IMG/VR virus record: IMGVR_UViG_2574180220_000001
From: a virus
Lineage: Duplodnaviria; Heunggongvirae; Uroviricota; Caudoviricetes
Length of the DNA stretch: 15,630 nt
Direction: 5' to 3' (one strand)
Shown here piece after piece: positions 1 through 7,985 of the stretch. The notes beneath the pieces are model-generated. The model worked only from the letters and a program-made list of their open reading frames with translations, was not told where the DNA came from and searched no databases. A program made the translations under genes and the position numbers. Each line of letters starts with the position of its first letter. Within the stretch, counting starts at the first letter, position 1.

Positions 1-1284
1 TTACTTCTTCGCCTCTGCAACCACTTTACTACCCACGCCGCGGTTATTGTATTCCCACATGCGGTTGTAGTTAGTGTCATTCAGATTGCGCTGTATTTCG
101 TCGTTATCATCTACGCTGCCGGTATTACCCGCAAACGGACGATTAGAGATCACCGCATCGGCCCACGGTTTAGCCGTGTTAAAACCTTCGTTGATGGCGC
201 TATCACGGATCACCACCTGACCGTTGGTATTGGCATCAACATCCAGCGAGCGGCCCAGTTGCGCCACACCATCACCGAAAGCATTGAAACGGCTGTTTAC
301 GGCGAGGAAACCGTAGTAAATGTTGGACAGCGTAGCCGGTGCAAACACATACGCTTCTTGCTGAGTACGTGAGTTCACCACGCGGAATTCGGTGTTATCG
401 AACACCACTGCGCCGCGACCAGAAACGATATCCACATCCCCTTCAATGTAGCTGTTGGTCACCAGCGTACGCGGCTGACGATTCGTTTCCAGACGGTTCT
501 GCACACCGCTGTTGGTGACAAAGAAGGTGTTCTGACGACCGAGAATGTTAACGTTGTTAATCTGTACCTGGTCACCATCAGTACGCAGTGCCACCGCCGG
601 ATGGTTACCTGCATCTACGCTATCGCCCAGCGTGTTTTCGATGGTCAGATTTTGCAGTTGCAGGCCATTGTTTTGTGACCAGAAGACCGCAGAGCAGAGA
701 ACACCGATACTGTCGCTGCGTTTGCTCTGGCAGCTATCGTACATATACCACGCTGGTTTACCTGGCATATATTTGCCGCGCGGGTTGACGTCGTGACGCC
801 AGTCGGCAGGGCTCATGCCACCATCAAGGGAAAGCCCAATCTTCACATCAATCGGTTTTTCACCTGTACCGTACAGAGTAATTCCACCCGGAGCGGCAGG
901 GACATATACCGTTCCCTGATACTCACCAGGCATCACGGCAATATACTGGCGCTTGTTGGTACGCTTGATAATTGCCGCATCTACCGCCGCCTGAATCGTG
1001 GTATGCGTTACACCTTGAGTGCCCGCCGGGCCGACAACAAAGTCAGGTTGCGCAGGCAGGGTAATCGGGGAAGGATTCCACGCTGCTGCACCTGGTGTCA
1101 GGGATGCAAAATAGTGTTGAGCATCGAAATTCTGCGCTTCTTTTGCCGACAGAATCGGGCGAGAAGAGGTACCAGGCGCGGTTTGATCAGAAGGACGTTG
1201 ATCGGGCGGGGTTGAGCTACAGGCGGTCAGCGTCACGCCAAAAGCCAATGCCAGCGCCAGACGGGAAACTGAAAATGTGTTCAC
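1..1284 (-). CDS. ybhC: YbhC-like outer-membrane lipoprotein (pectinesterase-fold, acyl-CoA thioesterase family)
   Basis: 427-aa ORF with lipoprotein signal (LALAFGVTLTAC); matches my recollection of E. coli YbhC, which flanks lambda attB on the gal side. Stop codon is at window position 1-3. Confidence 0.85.
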   Translation of the reverse strand: MNTFSVSRLALALAFGVTLTACSSTPPDQRPSDQTAPGTSSRPILSAKEAQNFDAQHYFASLTPGAAAWNPSPITLPAQPDFVVGPAGTQGVTHTTIQAAVDAAIIKRTNKRQYIAVMPGEYQGTVYVPAAPGGITLYGTGEKPIDVKIGLSLDGGMSPADWRHDVNPRGKYMPGKPAWYMYDSCQSKRSDSIGVLCSAVFWSQNNGLQLQNLTIENTLGDSVDAGNHPAVALRTDGDQVQINNVNILGRQNTFFVTNSGVQNRLETNRQPRTLVTNSYIEGDVDIVSGRGAVVFDNTEFRVVNSRTQQEAYVFAPATLSNIYYGFLAVNSRFNAFGDGVAQLGRSLDVDANTNGQVVIRDSAINEGFNTAKPWADAVISNRPFAGNTGSVDDNDEIQRNLNDTNYNRMWEYNNRGVGSKVVAEAKK

Positions 1285-1323
1285 AGGTTGCTCCGGGCTA
1301 TGAAATAGAAAAATGAATCCGTT

Positions 1324-1418
1324 GAAGCCTGCTTTTTTATACTAAGTTGGCATTATAAAAAAGCATTGCTTATCAATTTGTTGCAACGAACAGGTCACTA
1401 TCAGTCAAAATAAAATCA
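1324..1418. other. Prophage attL (B-O-P'): lambda core GCTTTTTTATACTAA at 1331-1345 followed by the P' arm with Int arm-type sites and an IHF site
   Basis: Seen directly: 15-bp lambda att core, then GTTGGCATTATAAAAAAGCATTGCTTATCAATTTGTTGCAACGAACAGGTCACTATCAGTCAAAATAAAATCATTAT, matching the lambda P' arm; it abuts the 3' end of int. Confidence 0.9.
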
Positions 1419-2489
1419 TTATTTGATTTCAATTTTGTCCCACTCCCTGCCTCTGTCATCACGATACTGTGATGCCATGGTGTCCGACTTATGCCCGAGA
1501 AGATGTTGAGCAAACTTATCGCTTATCTGCTTCTCATAGAGTCTTGCAGACAAACTGCGCAACTCGTGAAAGGTAGGCGGACCCCCTTCGAAGGAAAGAC
1601 CTGATGCTTTTCGTGCGCGCATAAAATACCTTGATACTGTGCCGGATGAAAGCGGTTCGCGACGAGTAGATGCAATTATGGTTTCTCCGCCAAGAATCTC
1701 TTTGCATTTATCAAGTGTTTCCTTCATTGATATTCCGAGAGCATCAACATGCAATGCTGTTGGGATGGCAATTTTTACGCCTGTTTTGCTTTGCTCGACA
1801 TAAAGATATCCATCTACGATATCAGACCACTTCATTTCGCATAAATCACCAACTCGCTGCCCGGTAACAACAGCCAGTTCCATTGCAAGTCTAAGCCAAC
1901 ATGGTGATGATTCTGCTGCTTGATAAATTTTCAGGTATTCGTCAGCCGTAAGTCTTGATCTCCTTACCTCTGATTTTGCAGCGCGAGTGGCTGCGACCGG
2001 GTTTGTTGTTATATGGCCTTCAGCTATAGCCTCTCGGAATGCATCGCTCAGTGTTGATCTGATTAACTTGGCTGATGCCGCCTTGCCCTCGTCTATGTAT
2101 CCATTGAGCATTGCCGCAATTTCTTTTGTGGTGATGTCTTCAAGTGGAGCATCAGGCAGACCCCTCCTTATTGCTTTAATTTTGCTCATGTAATTTATGA
2201 GTGTCTTCTGCTTGATTCCTCTGCTGGCCAGGATTTTTTCGTAGCGATCAAGCCATGAATGTAACGTAACGGAATTATCACTGTTGATTCTCGCTGTCAG
2301 AGGCTTGTGTTTGTGTCCTGAAAATAACTCAATGTTGGCCTGTATAGCTTCAGTGATTGCGATTCGCCTGTCTCGGCCTAATCCAAACTCTTTACCCGTC
2401 CTTGGGTCCCTGTAGCAGTAATATCCATTGTTTCTTATATAAAGGTTAGGGGGTAAATCCCGGCGCTCATGACTTCGCCTTCTTCCCAT
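1419..2489 (-). CDS. int: Lambda-type tyrosine integrase Int
   Basis: 356-aa ORF (MGRRRSHERRDLPPNLYIRNNGYYCYRDPRTGKEF...) essentially as I recall lambda Int; 3' end adjacent to attL and 5' end overlapping xis, as in lambda. Confidence 0.97.
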   Translation of the reverse strand: MGRRRSHERRDLPPNLYIRNNGYYCYRDPRTGKEFGLGRDRRIAITEAIQANIELFSGHKHKPLTARINSDNSVTLHSWLDRYEKILASRGIKQKTLINYMSKIKAIRRGLPDAPLEDITTKEIAAMLNGYIDEGKAASAKLIRSTLSDAFREAIAEGHITTNPVAATRAAKSEVRRSRLTADEYLKIYQAAESSPCWLRLAMELAVVTGQRVGDLCEMKWSDIVDGYLYVEQSKTGVKIAIPTALHVDALGISMKETLDKCKEILGGETIIASTRREPLSSGTVSRYFMRARKASGLSFEGGPPTFHELRSLSARLYEKQISDKFAQHLLGHKSDTMASQYRDDRGREWDKIEIK

Positions 2490-2685
2490 TTCTGATCCTC
2501 TTCAAAAGGCTACCTGTTACTGGTCGATTTAAGTCAACCTTTACCGCTGATTCGTGGAACAGATACTCTCTTCCATCCTTAACCGGAGGAGGGAATATCC
2601 TGCACTCGCGTACCCATCGACGAACTGTTTCAAGGCTTCTTGGGCGTCGCTGGCGTGCGTTCCACTCCTGAAGTGTCAAGTACAT
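2467..2685 (-). CDS. xis: Excisionase Xis
   Basis: 72-aa ORF MYLTLQEWNARQRRPRSLETVRRWVRECRIFPPPVKDGREYLFHESAVKVDLNRPVTGSLLKRIRNGKKAKS, matching lambda Xis; overlaps int start. Confidence 0.95.
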   Translation of the reverse strand: MYLTLQEWNARQRRPRSLETVRRWVRECRIFPPPVKDGREYLFHESAVKVDLNRPVTGSLLKRIRNGKKAKS

Positions 2686-2711
2686 CGCAAAGTCTCCGCA
2701 ATTACACGCAA

Positions 2712-2735
2712 GAAAAAACCGCCATCAGGCGGCTT
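2712..2735 (-). terminator. Putative intrinsic terminator hairpin (GCCGCC-UGAU-GGCGG followed by U6 on the minus-strand transcript)
   Basis: Seen in sequence: GC stem with 4-nt loop and a run of six T on the minus strand; overlaps the stop codon of the 55-aa ORF upstream of xis. Confidence 0.4.
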
Positions 2736-2892
2736 GGTGTTCTTTCAGTTCTTCAATTCGAATATTGGTTACGTCTGCATGTGCTATCTGCGCCCACAGC
2801 ATCCAGTGGTCATAGCAGTCGCTGATGTTCTCGGCTTCGATAACTCTGTTGAATGGTTCTCCATTCCATTCACCTGTAACTCGGAAGTGCAT
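2725..2892 (-). CDS. Small hypothetical protein (lambda orf-55-like), 55 aa
   Basis: Hand-translated minus-strand ORF MHFRVTGEWNGEPFNRVIEAENISDCYDHWMLWAQIAHADVTNIRIEELKEHQAA; below the 60-aa cutoff of the ORF track. Size and position between xis and ea8.5 match lambda. Confidence 0.6.
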   Translation of the reverse strand: MHFRVTGEWNGEPFNRVIEAENISDCYDHWMLWAQIAHADVTNIRIEELKEHQAA

Positions 2893-2980
2893 TTATCATC
2901 GCCATAAAACAAAACTCGCCGTAGCGAGTTCAGATAAAAGAAATCCCCGCGAGTGCGAGGATAGTTACTTGTTCATATTA

Positions 2981-3262
2981 TTAATCGTCAATGTATTTTG
3001 AGCATTGTGGGCAATCATCGATCCCACAATACGATTCATATGCATCCTTTATTGCGTCGCGGGCTTCAGTAAGAGTATTGAATAAGTTGCAGCTATTATC
3101 TTTTTGATATAGGTAAGTTCCTAATTTATAAGCAGAAGAAGCATCATTTCCGCTGTCTAAAATTACATCGTTATGGATTCTGCACCTTGCAAGAACTCCT
3201 GATCCCATAAGGGTCTGCATAGCCCATTGCTCTTGATCTTCACACAAATCATGAATGCTCAT
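2981..3262 (-). CDS. ea8.5: Ea8.5-like protein (93 aa, C-terminal Cys-rich motif)
   Basis: Track ORF 2981..3280 begins at a GTG; the ATG at 3262 (MSIHDLCEDQ...) has a GAGAGG Shine-Dalgarno and gives 93 aa, the size and position of lambda ea8.5. C-terminus CGIDDCPQC. Confidence 0.75.
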   Translation of the reverse strand: MSIHDLCEDQEQWAMQTLMGSGVLARCRIHNDVILDSGNDASSAYKLGTYLYQKDNSCNLFNTLTEARDAIKDAYESYCGIDDCPQCSKYIDD

Positions 3263-3376
3263 TTCAACACCTCTCTTCACGTTTCACACACGTTAAGATT
3301 AACAGTGTTTTTACATGCTTTGGGAGATTTATTTTATAAAAACTCTTTTAATACAAATAGATATAATAGTTCACTA

Positions 3377-4105
3377 TTATAGCTCCTTTAATCGAGGCGG
3401 TTCTGGTAGAGGCATCCAGTGGGTTACACCGCCAATTGGCTCATCGTCGTCGTACTCCAATGCGGCTATATAGAACCCGTCACGACGAGAATAAGAAATC
3501 CCGGACATTACAATGCCATCCGAAACAACAATAATGTCACCCGTTTCTTTCGGCATTCGCTCACTACAGCTTATCCAACCATCCGGAGTCACCGGAAGCG
3601 AGAACGGCAGCACATCTCTGTGAACAAGTTTTTGCTGTGACAGGTTATCCAGAACTTTCTGTACTGCTGCATCACCGAATACACCAAGCGCATCTGCCAT
3701 AACTCCTACAACCTGATAAGCCTCAGCGCATACCGTGGATAAACCATCCGGAATTACCGGAGAGTTACGGTCCTTGCGGTAAATCCGGCATGTACAGGAT
3801 TCATTGTCCTGCTCAAAGTCCATGCCATCAAACTGCTGGTTTTCATTGATGATGCGGGACCAGCCATCAACGCCCACCACCGGAACAATGCCGTTCTGCT
3901 TATCAGGGAAGGCGTAAATTTCTTTCGTCCACGGATTAAGGCCGTACTGGTTGGCGACGATCAGCAATGCGATGAACTGCGCATCGCTGGCATCACCTTT
4001 AAATGCCGTCTGGCGAAGAGTGGTGATCAGTTCCTGTGGGTCGACAGAATCCATGCCGACACGTTCAGCCAGCTTCCCAGCCAGCGTTGCGAGTGCTGTA
4101 CTCAT
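3377..4105 (-). CDS. Chimeric ORF: N-terminal ~115 aa of Bet (Red-beta annealing protein) fused in frame to a non-Bet C-terminus ending in a DUF551-like motif (VTHWMPLPEPP)
   Basis: Residues 1-115 (MSTALATLAGKLAERVGMDSVDPQELITTLRQ...NESCTCRIYRKDRN) match lambda Bet; the sequence then diverges completely (SPVIPDGLSTVCAEAY...GGVTHWMPLPEPPRLKEL). No exo gene lies downstream. Junction near plus coordinate 3760. Confidence 0.8.
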   Translation of the reverse strand: MSTALATLAGKLAERVGMDSVDPQELITTLRQTAFKGDASDAQFIALLIVANQYGLNPWTKEIYAFPDKQNGIVPVVGVDGWSRIINENQQFDGMDFEQDNESCTCRIYRKDRNSPVIPDGLSTVCAEAYQVVGVMADALGVFGDAAVQKVLDNLSQQKLVHRDVLPFSLPVTPDGWISCSERMPKETGDIIVVSDGIVMSGISYSRRDGFYIAALEYDDDEPIGGVTHWMPLPEPPRLKEL

Positions 4106-4110
4106 CCGTT

Positions 4111-4527
4111 TTATACCTCTGAATCAATATCAACCTGGTGGTGAGCAATGGTTTCAACCATGTACCGGATGTGTTCTGCCATGCGCTCCTGAAACTCAAC
4201 ATCGTCATCAAACGCACGGGTAATGGCTTTTTTGCTGGCCCCGTGGCGTTGCAAATGATCGATGCATAGCGATTCAAACAGGTGCTGGGGCAGGCCTTTT
4301 TCCATGTCGTCTGCCAGTTCTGCCTCTTTCTCTTCACGGGCGATCTGCTGGTAGTGACGCGCCCAGCTCTGAGCCTCAAGACGATCCTGAATGTAATAAG
4401 CGTTCATGGCTGAACTCCTGAAATAGCTGTGAAAATATCGTCCGCGAAATGCCGGGCTGATTAGGAAAACAGGGAAGGGGGGTAGTGAATGCTTTTGCTT
4501 GATCTCAGTTTCAGTATTAATATCCAT
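4111..4527 (-). CDS. gam: Gam (RecBCD inhibitor), 138 aa
   Basis: [15 protein letters not shown]...[10 protein letters not shown] matches lambda Gam; internal Met (MNAYYIQ) corresponds to the GamS start. Confidence 0.95.
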   Translation of the reverse strand: MDINTETEIKQKHSLPPFPVFLISPAFRGRYFHSYFRSSAMNAYYIQDRLEAQSWARHYQQIAREEKEAELADDMEKGLPQHLFESLCIDHLQRHGASKKAITRAFDDDVEFQERMAEHIRYMVETIAHHQVDIDSEV

Positions 4528-4625
4528 TTTTTATAAGCGTCGACGGCCTCACGAAACATCTTTTCATCGCCAATAAAAGTGGCGATAGTGAATTTAGTCT
4601 GGATAGCCATAAGTGTTTGATCCAT
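4461..4625 (-). CDS. kil: Kil (FtsZ-targeting host-killing peptide), ~54 aa here
   Basis: [39 protein letters not shown]...; start has an AGGAG Shine-Dalgarno and overlaps cIII by 32 nt and gam by 67 nt. I recall lambda Kil as 47 aa, so the C-terminus may be extended here. Confidence 0.8.
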   Translation of the reverse strand: MDQTLMAIQTKFTIATFIGDEKMFREAVDAYKKWILILKLRSSKSIHYPPSLFS

Positions 4626-4758
4626 TTTTTGGGACTCCTGGCTGATTAAGTATGTCGATAAGGCGTTTCCATCCGTCACGTAATTTACGGGTGATTCGTT
4701 CAAGTAAAGATTCGGAAGGGCAGCCAGCAACAGGCCACCCTGCAATGGCATATTGCAT
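4594..4758 (-). CDS. cIII: CIII (FtsH/HflB inhibitor), 54 aa
   Basis: Hand-translated [54 protein letters not shown] with AAGGAG Shine-Dalgarno; below the ORF-track size cutoff. Confidence 0.9.
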   Translation of the reverse strand: MQYAIAGWPVAGCPSESLLERITRKLRDGWKRLIDILNQPGVPKNGSNTYGYPD

Positions 4759-4785
4759 GGTGTGCTCCTTATTTATACATAACGA

Positions 4786-4808
4786 AAAACGCCTCGAGTG
4801 AAGCGTTA
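4786..4808 (-). terminator. Weak terminator-like hairpin between ea10 and cIII (short stem followed by U5 on the minus transcript)
   Basis: Seen in sequence: AACGC...GCGTT stem around an XhoI palindrome, then TTTTT on the minus strand. Could correspond to a pL-operon terminator; weak. Confidence 0.3.
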
Positions 4809-4830
4809 TTGGTATGCGGTAACGCCGCGC

Positions 4831-5199
4831 TCAGGCGGCTTTGATAGTCATATCATCTGGATCAAATATTCCTGATGTATCGATATCGGTAATTCTTATT
4901 CCTTCGCTACCATCCATTGGAGGCCATCCTTCCTGACCATTTCCATCATTCCAGTCGAACTCACACACAACACCATATGCATTTAAGTCGCTTGAAATTG
5001 CTATAAGCAGAGCATGTTGCGCCAGCATGATTAATACAGCATTTAATACAGAGCCGTGTTTATTGAGTCGGTATTCAGAGTCTGACCAGAAATTATTAAT
5101 CTGGTGAAGTTTTTCCTCTGTCATTACGTCATGATCGATTTCAATTTCTATTGATGCTTTCCAGTCGTAATCAATGATGTATTTTTTGATGTTTGACAT
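4831..5199 (-). CDS. ea10: Ea10 (lambda Ssb-like protein), 122 aa
   Basis: 122-aa ORF MSNIKKYIIDYDWKASIEIEIDHDVMTEEKL... matching lambda Ea10 in size, sequence and position. Confidence 0.9.
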   Translation of the reverse strand: MSNIKKYIIDYDWKASIEIEIDHDVMTEEKLHQINNFWSDSEYRLNKHGSVLNAVLIMLAQHALLIAISSDLNAYGVVCEFDWNDGNGQEGWPPMDGSEGIRITDIDTSGIFDPDDMTIKAA

Positions 5200-5381
5200 C
5201 TATTCATATCCTCATAGATAAAAAATCGCCCTCACACTGGAGGGCAAAGAAGATTTCCAATAATCAGAACAAGTCGGCTCCTGTTTAGTTACGAGCGACA
5301 TTGCTCCGTGTATTCACTCGTTGGAATGAATACACAGTGCAGTGTTTATTCTGTTATTTATGCCAAAAATAAAGGCCACTA

Positions 5382-5582
5382 TCAGGCAGCTTTGTTGTTC
5401 TGTTTACCAAGTTCTCTGGCAATCATTGCCGTCGTTCGTATTGCCCATTTATCGACATATTTCCCATCATCCATTACAGGAAACATTTCTTCAGGCTTAA
5501 CCATGCATTCCGATTGCAGCTTGCATCCATTGCATCGCTTGAATTGTCCACACCATTGATTTTTATCAATAGTCGTAGTCAT
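5382..5582 (-). CDS. ral: Ral (restriction alleviation protein), 66 aa
   Basis: MTTTIDKNQWCGQFKRCNGCKLQSECMVKPEEMFPVMDDGKYVDKWAIRTTAMIARELGKQNNKAA matches lambda Ral; 183-bp spacing to ea10 as in lambda. Confidence 0.92.
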   Translation of the reverse strand: MTTTIDKNQWCGQFKRCNGCKLQSECMVKPEEMFPVMDDGKYVDKWAIRTTAMIARELGKQNNKAA

Positions 5583-5687
5583 ACGGATAGTCCTGGTATT
5601 GTTCCATCACATCCTGAGGATGCTCTTCGAACTCTTCAAATTCTTCTTCCATGTATCACCTTAAATAGTGGATTGCGGTAGTAAAGA

Positions 5688-5909
5688 TTGTGCATGGCCC
5701 GTCTGAAAAAGAACAACAGCGATTTGCACGATTTATTAGTAGATTATTATATAGTCGGTATGACATTCATGTCACTGGCAGGTAAGCATTGCTGCTCTGA
5801 TGGTTATATCGGGAAAAGGTTACAAAAGGCTGAGGGCATAATTGAAGGGATGTTAATGGCATTAGATATCCGGTTAGAGATGGATATCGTTGTTAATAAC
5901 TCTAATTAA
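5688..5909 (+). pseudogene. 5'-truncated remnant (C-terminal ~71 aa) of an antiterminator Q gene of the phage 82 / DLP12 QuuD type
   Basis: [71 protein letters not shown] resembles the C-terminus of Q82/QuuD as I recall it; frame is closed by a TAA just upstream; lies immediately upstream of the porin and lysis genes, where Q sits in DLP12/PA-2-type phages. Lambda-like sequence ends at about 5693. Confidence 0.55.
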
Positions 5910-5928
5910 TACGCCAATTATTTACTAA

Positions 5929-5960
5929 AAGTTATTAAAAATGGGGCGTTGAAACGCCCC
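5929..5960 (-). terminator. Intrinsic terminator downstream of the porin gene (GGGGCG-UUUCAA-CGCCCC then AUUUUU on the minus transcript)
   Basis: Seen in sequence: 6-bp GC stem followed by a U-tract on the minus strand; the last of four consecutive hairpins 3' of the porin gene. Confidence 0.5.
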
Positions 5961-6097
5961 CAAAAATAAAGGGTAATATATAACAGAAGGTTTATATAGT
6001 TAGAAGCAAGGTTGTGCTTCTAAAGGAAGTGGCTTGAGGGAGCCACTTATATGTTGGGGAGGCAAAGCCTCCCACAACATATCTTTTAGTAATCAAA

Positions 6098-7180
6098 TTA
6101 GAACTGGTAAACCATACCTACAGCAACGATATCATCGGTAGCAACGCCAGATGCTTTCGTGAAATCGCTCTTATCAATCAGGTTGATTTTGTAGTCAACA
6201 AAAGTGGACATATTTTTGTTGAAGTAATAGGTTGCACCTACATCAACATATTCAACCAGGTCCTGATCACCCCAAACACCCAAGTCTTTTCCTTTAGAAT
6301 GCAGGTAAGCAACGGATGGACGCAGGCCGAAGTCGAACTGATATTGTGCAACAGCTTCGAAGTTTTGTGCTTTGTTGGCAATATGGTTATTACCAAAAAC
6401 AGTCATGTTCTGGGTTTCAGAATAGGTGGTAGCCAGATAGATGTTGTTCGCATCATATTTCAGACCAGCTGCCCATACTTCAGCATTTTGACCAGAAGCA
6501 TTCAGACCGTTGTTACCGTAGATAACCTGATTATTAGTGCGATCAGATTTAGCATAGGTTGCACCCACGCCGAATCCTTCATACTCATAAGTAGTTGAGA
6601 AACCGAAACCATCGCCATTAGCTTCAGTTACTTCATTTCGGTCATTTTTGCCCTGATACTGAGCTGCAAAGTTCAGGCCATCAACCAGACCAAAGAAGTC
6701 GTTGTTACGATAAGTTGCAACACCTGTGGTGCGACCAGTCATGAATACATCTGTTTGGGTCCAGGTATCGCCACCGAATTCTGGCAGAACGTCGGTCCAT
6801 GCACCGATGTCGTATGCTACACCGTAGTTACGGCCGTAATCGATGGAGCCGTAGTCACCGAATTTCAGGCCAGCGAAGGCAAGACGGGTTTTATCTTTGG
6901 AGGAACCTTGAGATTCAGCGCGGTTGCCTTTGAATTCATATTCCCACTGACCGAAACCAGTCAGTTGATCGTTGATTTGGGTTTCACCTTTGAAGCCAAG
7001 ACGGGCATAAGTAGTATCACCATCATCTGCATCATTAGAGGAGAAGTAGTGCTTGGCATTAACTTTCCCGTACAGATCCAGCTTGTTACTGTCTTTATTA
7101 TAAATTTCAGCTGCCTGAGCAGACATCGCCATCAGTACTGATGCAGCTACAGCAGAAATTGCCACTGTTAATTTTTTCAT
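6098..7180 (-). CDS. nmpC: OmpC-family general porin, prophage-encoded NmpC/Lc-like, intact (360 aa)
   Basis: Signal peptide [23 protein letters not shown], porin motifs ([57 protein letters not shown]), C-terminal VYQF. Position between Q and the holin matches the lc/nmpC moron of PA-2/DLP12. Confidence 0.85.
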   Translation of the reverse strand: MKKLTVAISAVAASVLMAMSAQAAEIYNKDSNKLDLYGKVNAKHYFSSNDADDGDTTYARLGFKGETQINDQLTGFGQWEYEFKGNRAESQGSSKDKTRLAFAGLKFGDYGSIDYGRNYGVAYDIGAWTDVLPEFGGDTWTQTDVFMTGRTTGVATYRNNDFFGLVDGLNFAAQYQGKNDRNEVTEANGDGFGFSTTYEYEGFGVGATYAKSDRTNNQVIYGNNGLNASGQNAEVWAAGLKYDANNIYLATTYSETQNMTVFGNNHIANKAQNFEAVAQYQFDFGLRPSVAYLHSKGKDLGVWGDQDLVEYVDVGATYYFNKNMSTFVDYKINLIDKSDFTKASGVATDDIVAVGMVYQF

Positions 7181-7608
7181 CGTGAGCCCTTTTTTTTGAA
7201 CTATTATTAAAAAATGATGTCACTGCGCGATAAATATTCATCTAATCAATGTGATTATTTCAAGATGTAAGTTTTAGTTTCTCGTTTGATTTGTGAAGTA
7301 GATCTCTATTTTTATCTGAACTTTTTTCTATCGAATCCTATTCATGGCTCTTGGCTGAATAAAAATAAATCTATTAGCCAATTTATATTAACGGCTGTTA
7401 TTTATAAGTGCTCTATAATTTGAAGGTTCAATTTAAACCGGCTAAAAATAACACTGGAAATTATTTATTGGTTATTTGTTGAGATTTTCTTATGTATTTG
7501 TAGTGGTGTTTTCAATACTCGGTAGCATTCTCGCAAATATCATTTAGTGGTTTACGTACGTAAAAAATTGGTTATGCTGTTAAGAGTGGTTACTTCGTCA
7601 CACAGCTT

Positions 7609-7641
7609 AAACCCGCCGTCGAGCGGGTTTTTCCATTTTTT
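7609..7641 (+). terminator. Intrinsic terminator upstream of the holin gene, tR'-like (AAACCCGC-CGTCGA-GCGGGTTT then TTCCATTTTTT)
   Basis: Seen in sequence: 8-bp stem and T-rich tract on the plus strand about 130 bp before the holin start. A possible late promoter (TTTACG ... TATGCT, about 7551-7578) precedes it, with low confidence. Confidence 0.5.
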
Positions 7642-7769
7642 GAGTCTCGATATTAGCTGATAACCCAATACCTGAGTTATTCACTGACTCCGAGTCTGTT
7701 ACGTTTCTGCTTTTTTGCGATACGTTGTATTCCCTCAATTTACACCCGCTTTGTCTGCGAGGTGGGGTT

Positions 7770-7985
7770 ATGAAATCCATGGATAAGTTAACAACGGGTG
7801 TCGCCTATGGCACCTCAGCAGGTAGTGCCGGTTACTGGTTTTTACAGCTGCTCGATAAAGTCACGCCCTCACAGTGGGCAGCAATAGGTGTGCTGGGTAG
7901 CCTGGTATTTGGCCTGCTGACGTACCTGACAAACCTTTATTTCAAGATTAAAGAAGATAAGCGCAAGGCTGCGAGAGGTGAATAA
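7770..7985 (+). CDS. S: Class II holin (pinholin), phage 21 S-type, 71 aa with dual-start motif MKSMDK
   Basis: [71 protein letters not shown] resembles S21 / EssD; GGTGGGG Shine-Dalgarno. The track ORF 7725..7985 begins at an upstream start. Confidence 0.85.

Noticed and set aside
545-1316. Plus-strand ORFs 545..796, 588..788, 793..1215 and 1095..1316
   Set aside because: All lie antisense to, or out of frame within, the well-supported ybhC coding region, with Arg/Cys-rich low-complexity translations.
1670-2193. Plus-strand ORFs 1670..1867 and 1987..2193
   Set aside because: Antisense to int; no independent support.
2554-2907. Plus-strand ORFs 2554..2907 and 2640..2825
   Set aside because: Antisense to xis and the 55-aa ORF; the minus-strand genes match the lambda organisation.
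3419-4379. ORFs 3419..3640 (+), 3951..4223 (+) and 4065..4379 (-)
   Set aside because: Overlap the Bet-chimera and gam coding regions in other frames or on the other strand; gam and the Bet N-terminus are strongly supported.
3377-4527. Possibility that this is a functional Red (exo-bet-gam) recombineering cassette of an engineered strain
   Set aside because: exo is absent and bet is truncated after about 115 codons; cI857 and pL are absent; the arrangement does not match the known defective-lambda recombineering constructs I am aware of.
5308-5559. Plus-strand ORF 5308..5559
   Set aside because: Antisense to ral.
6299-7141. Plus-strand ORFs 6299..6598 and 6755..7141
   Set aside because: Antisense to the porin gene.
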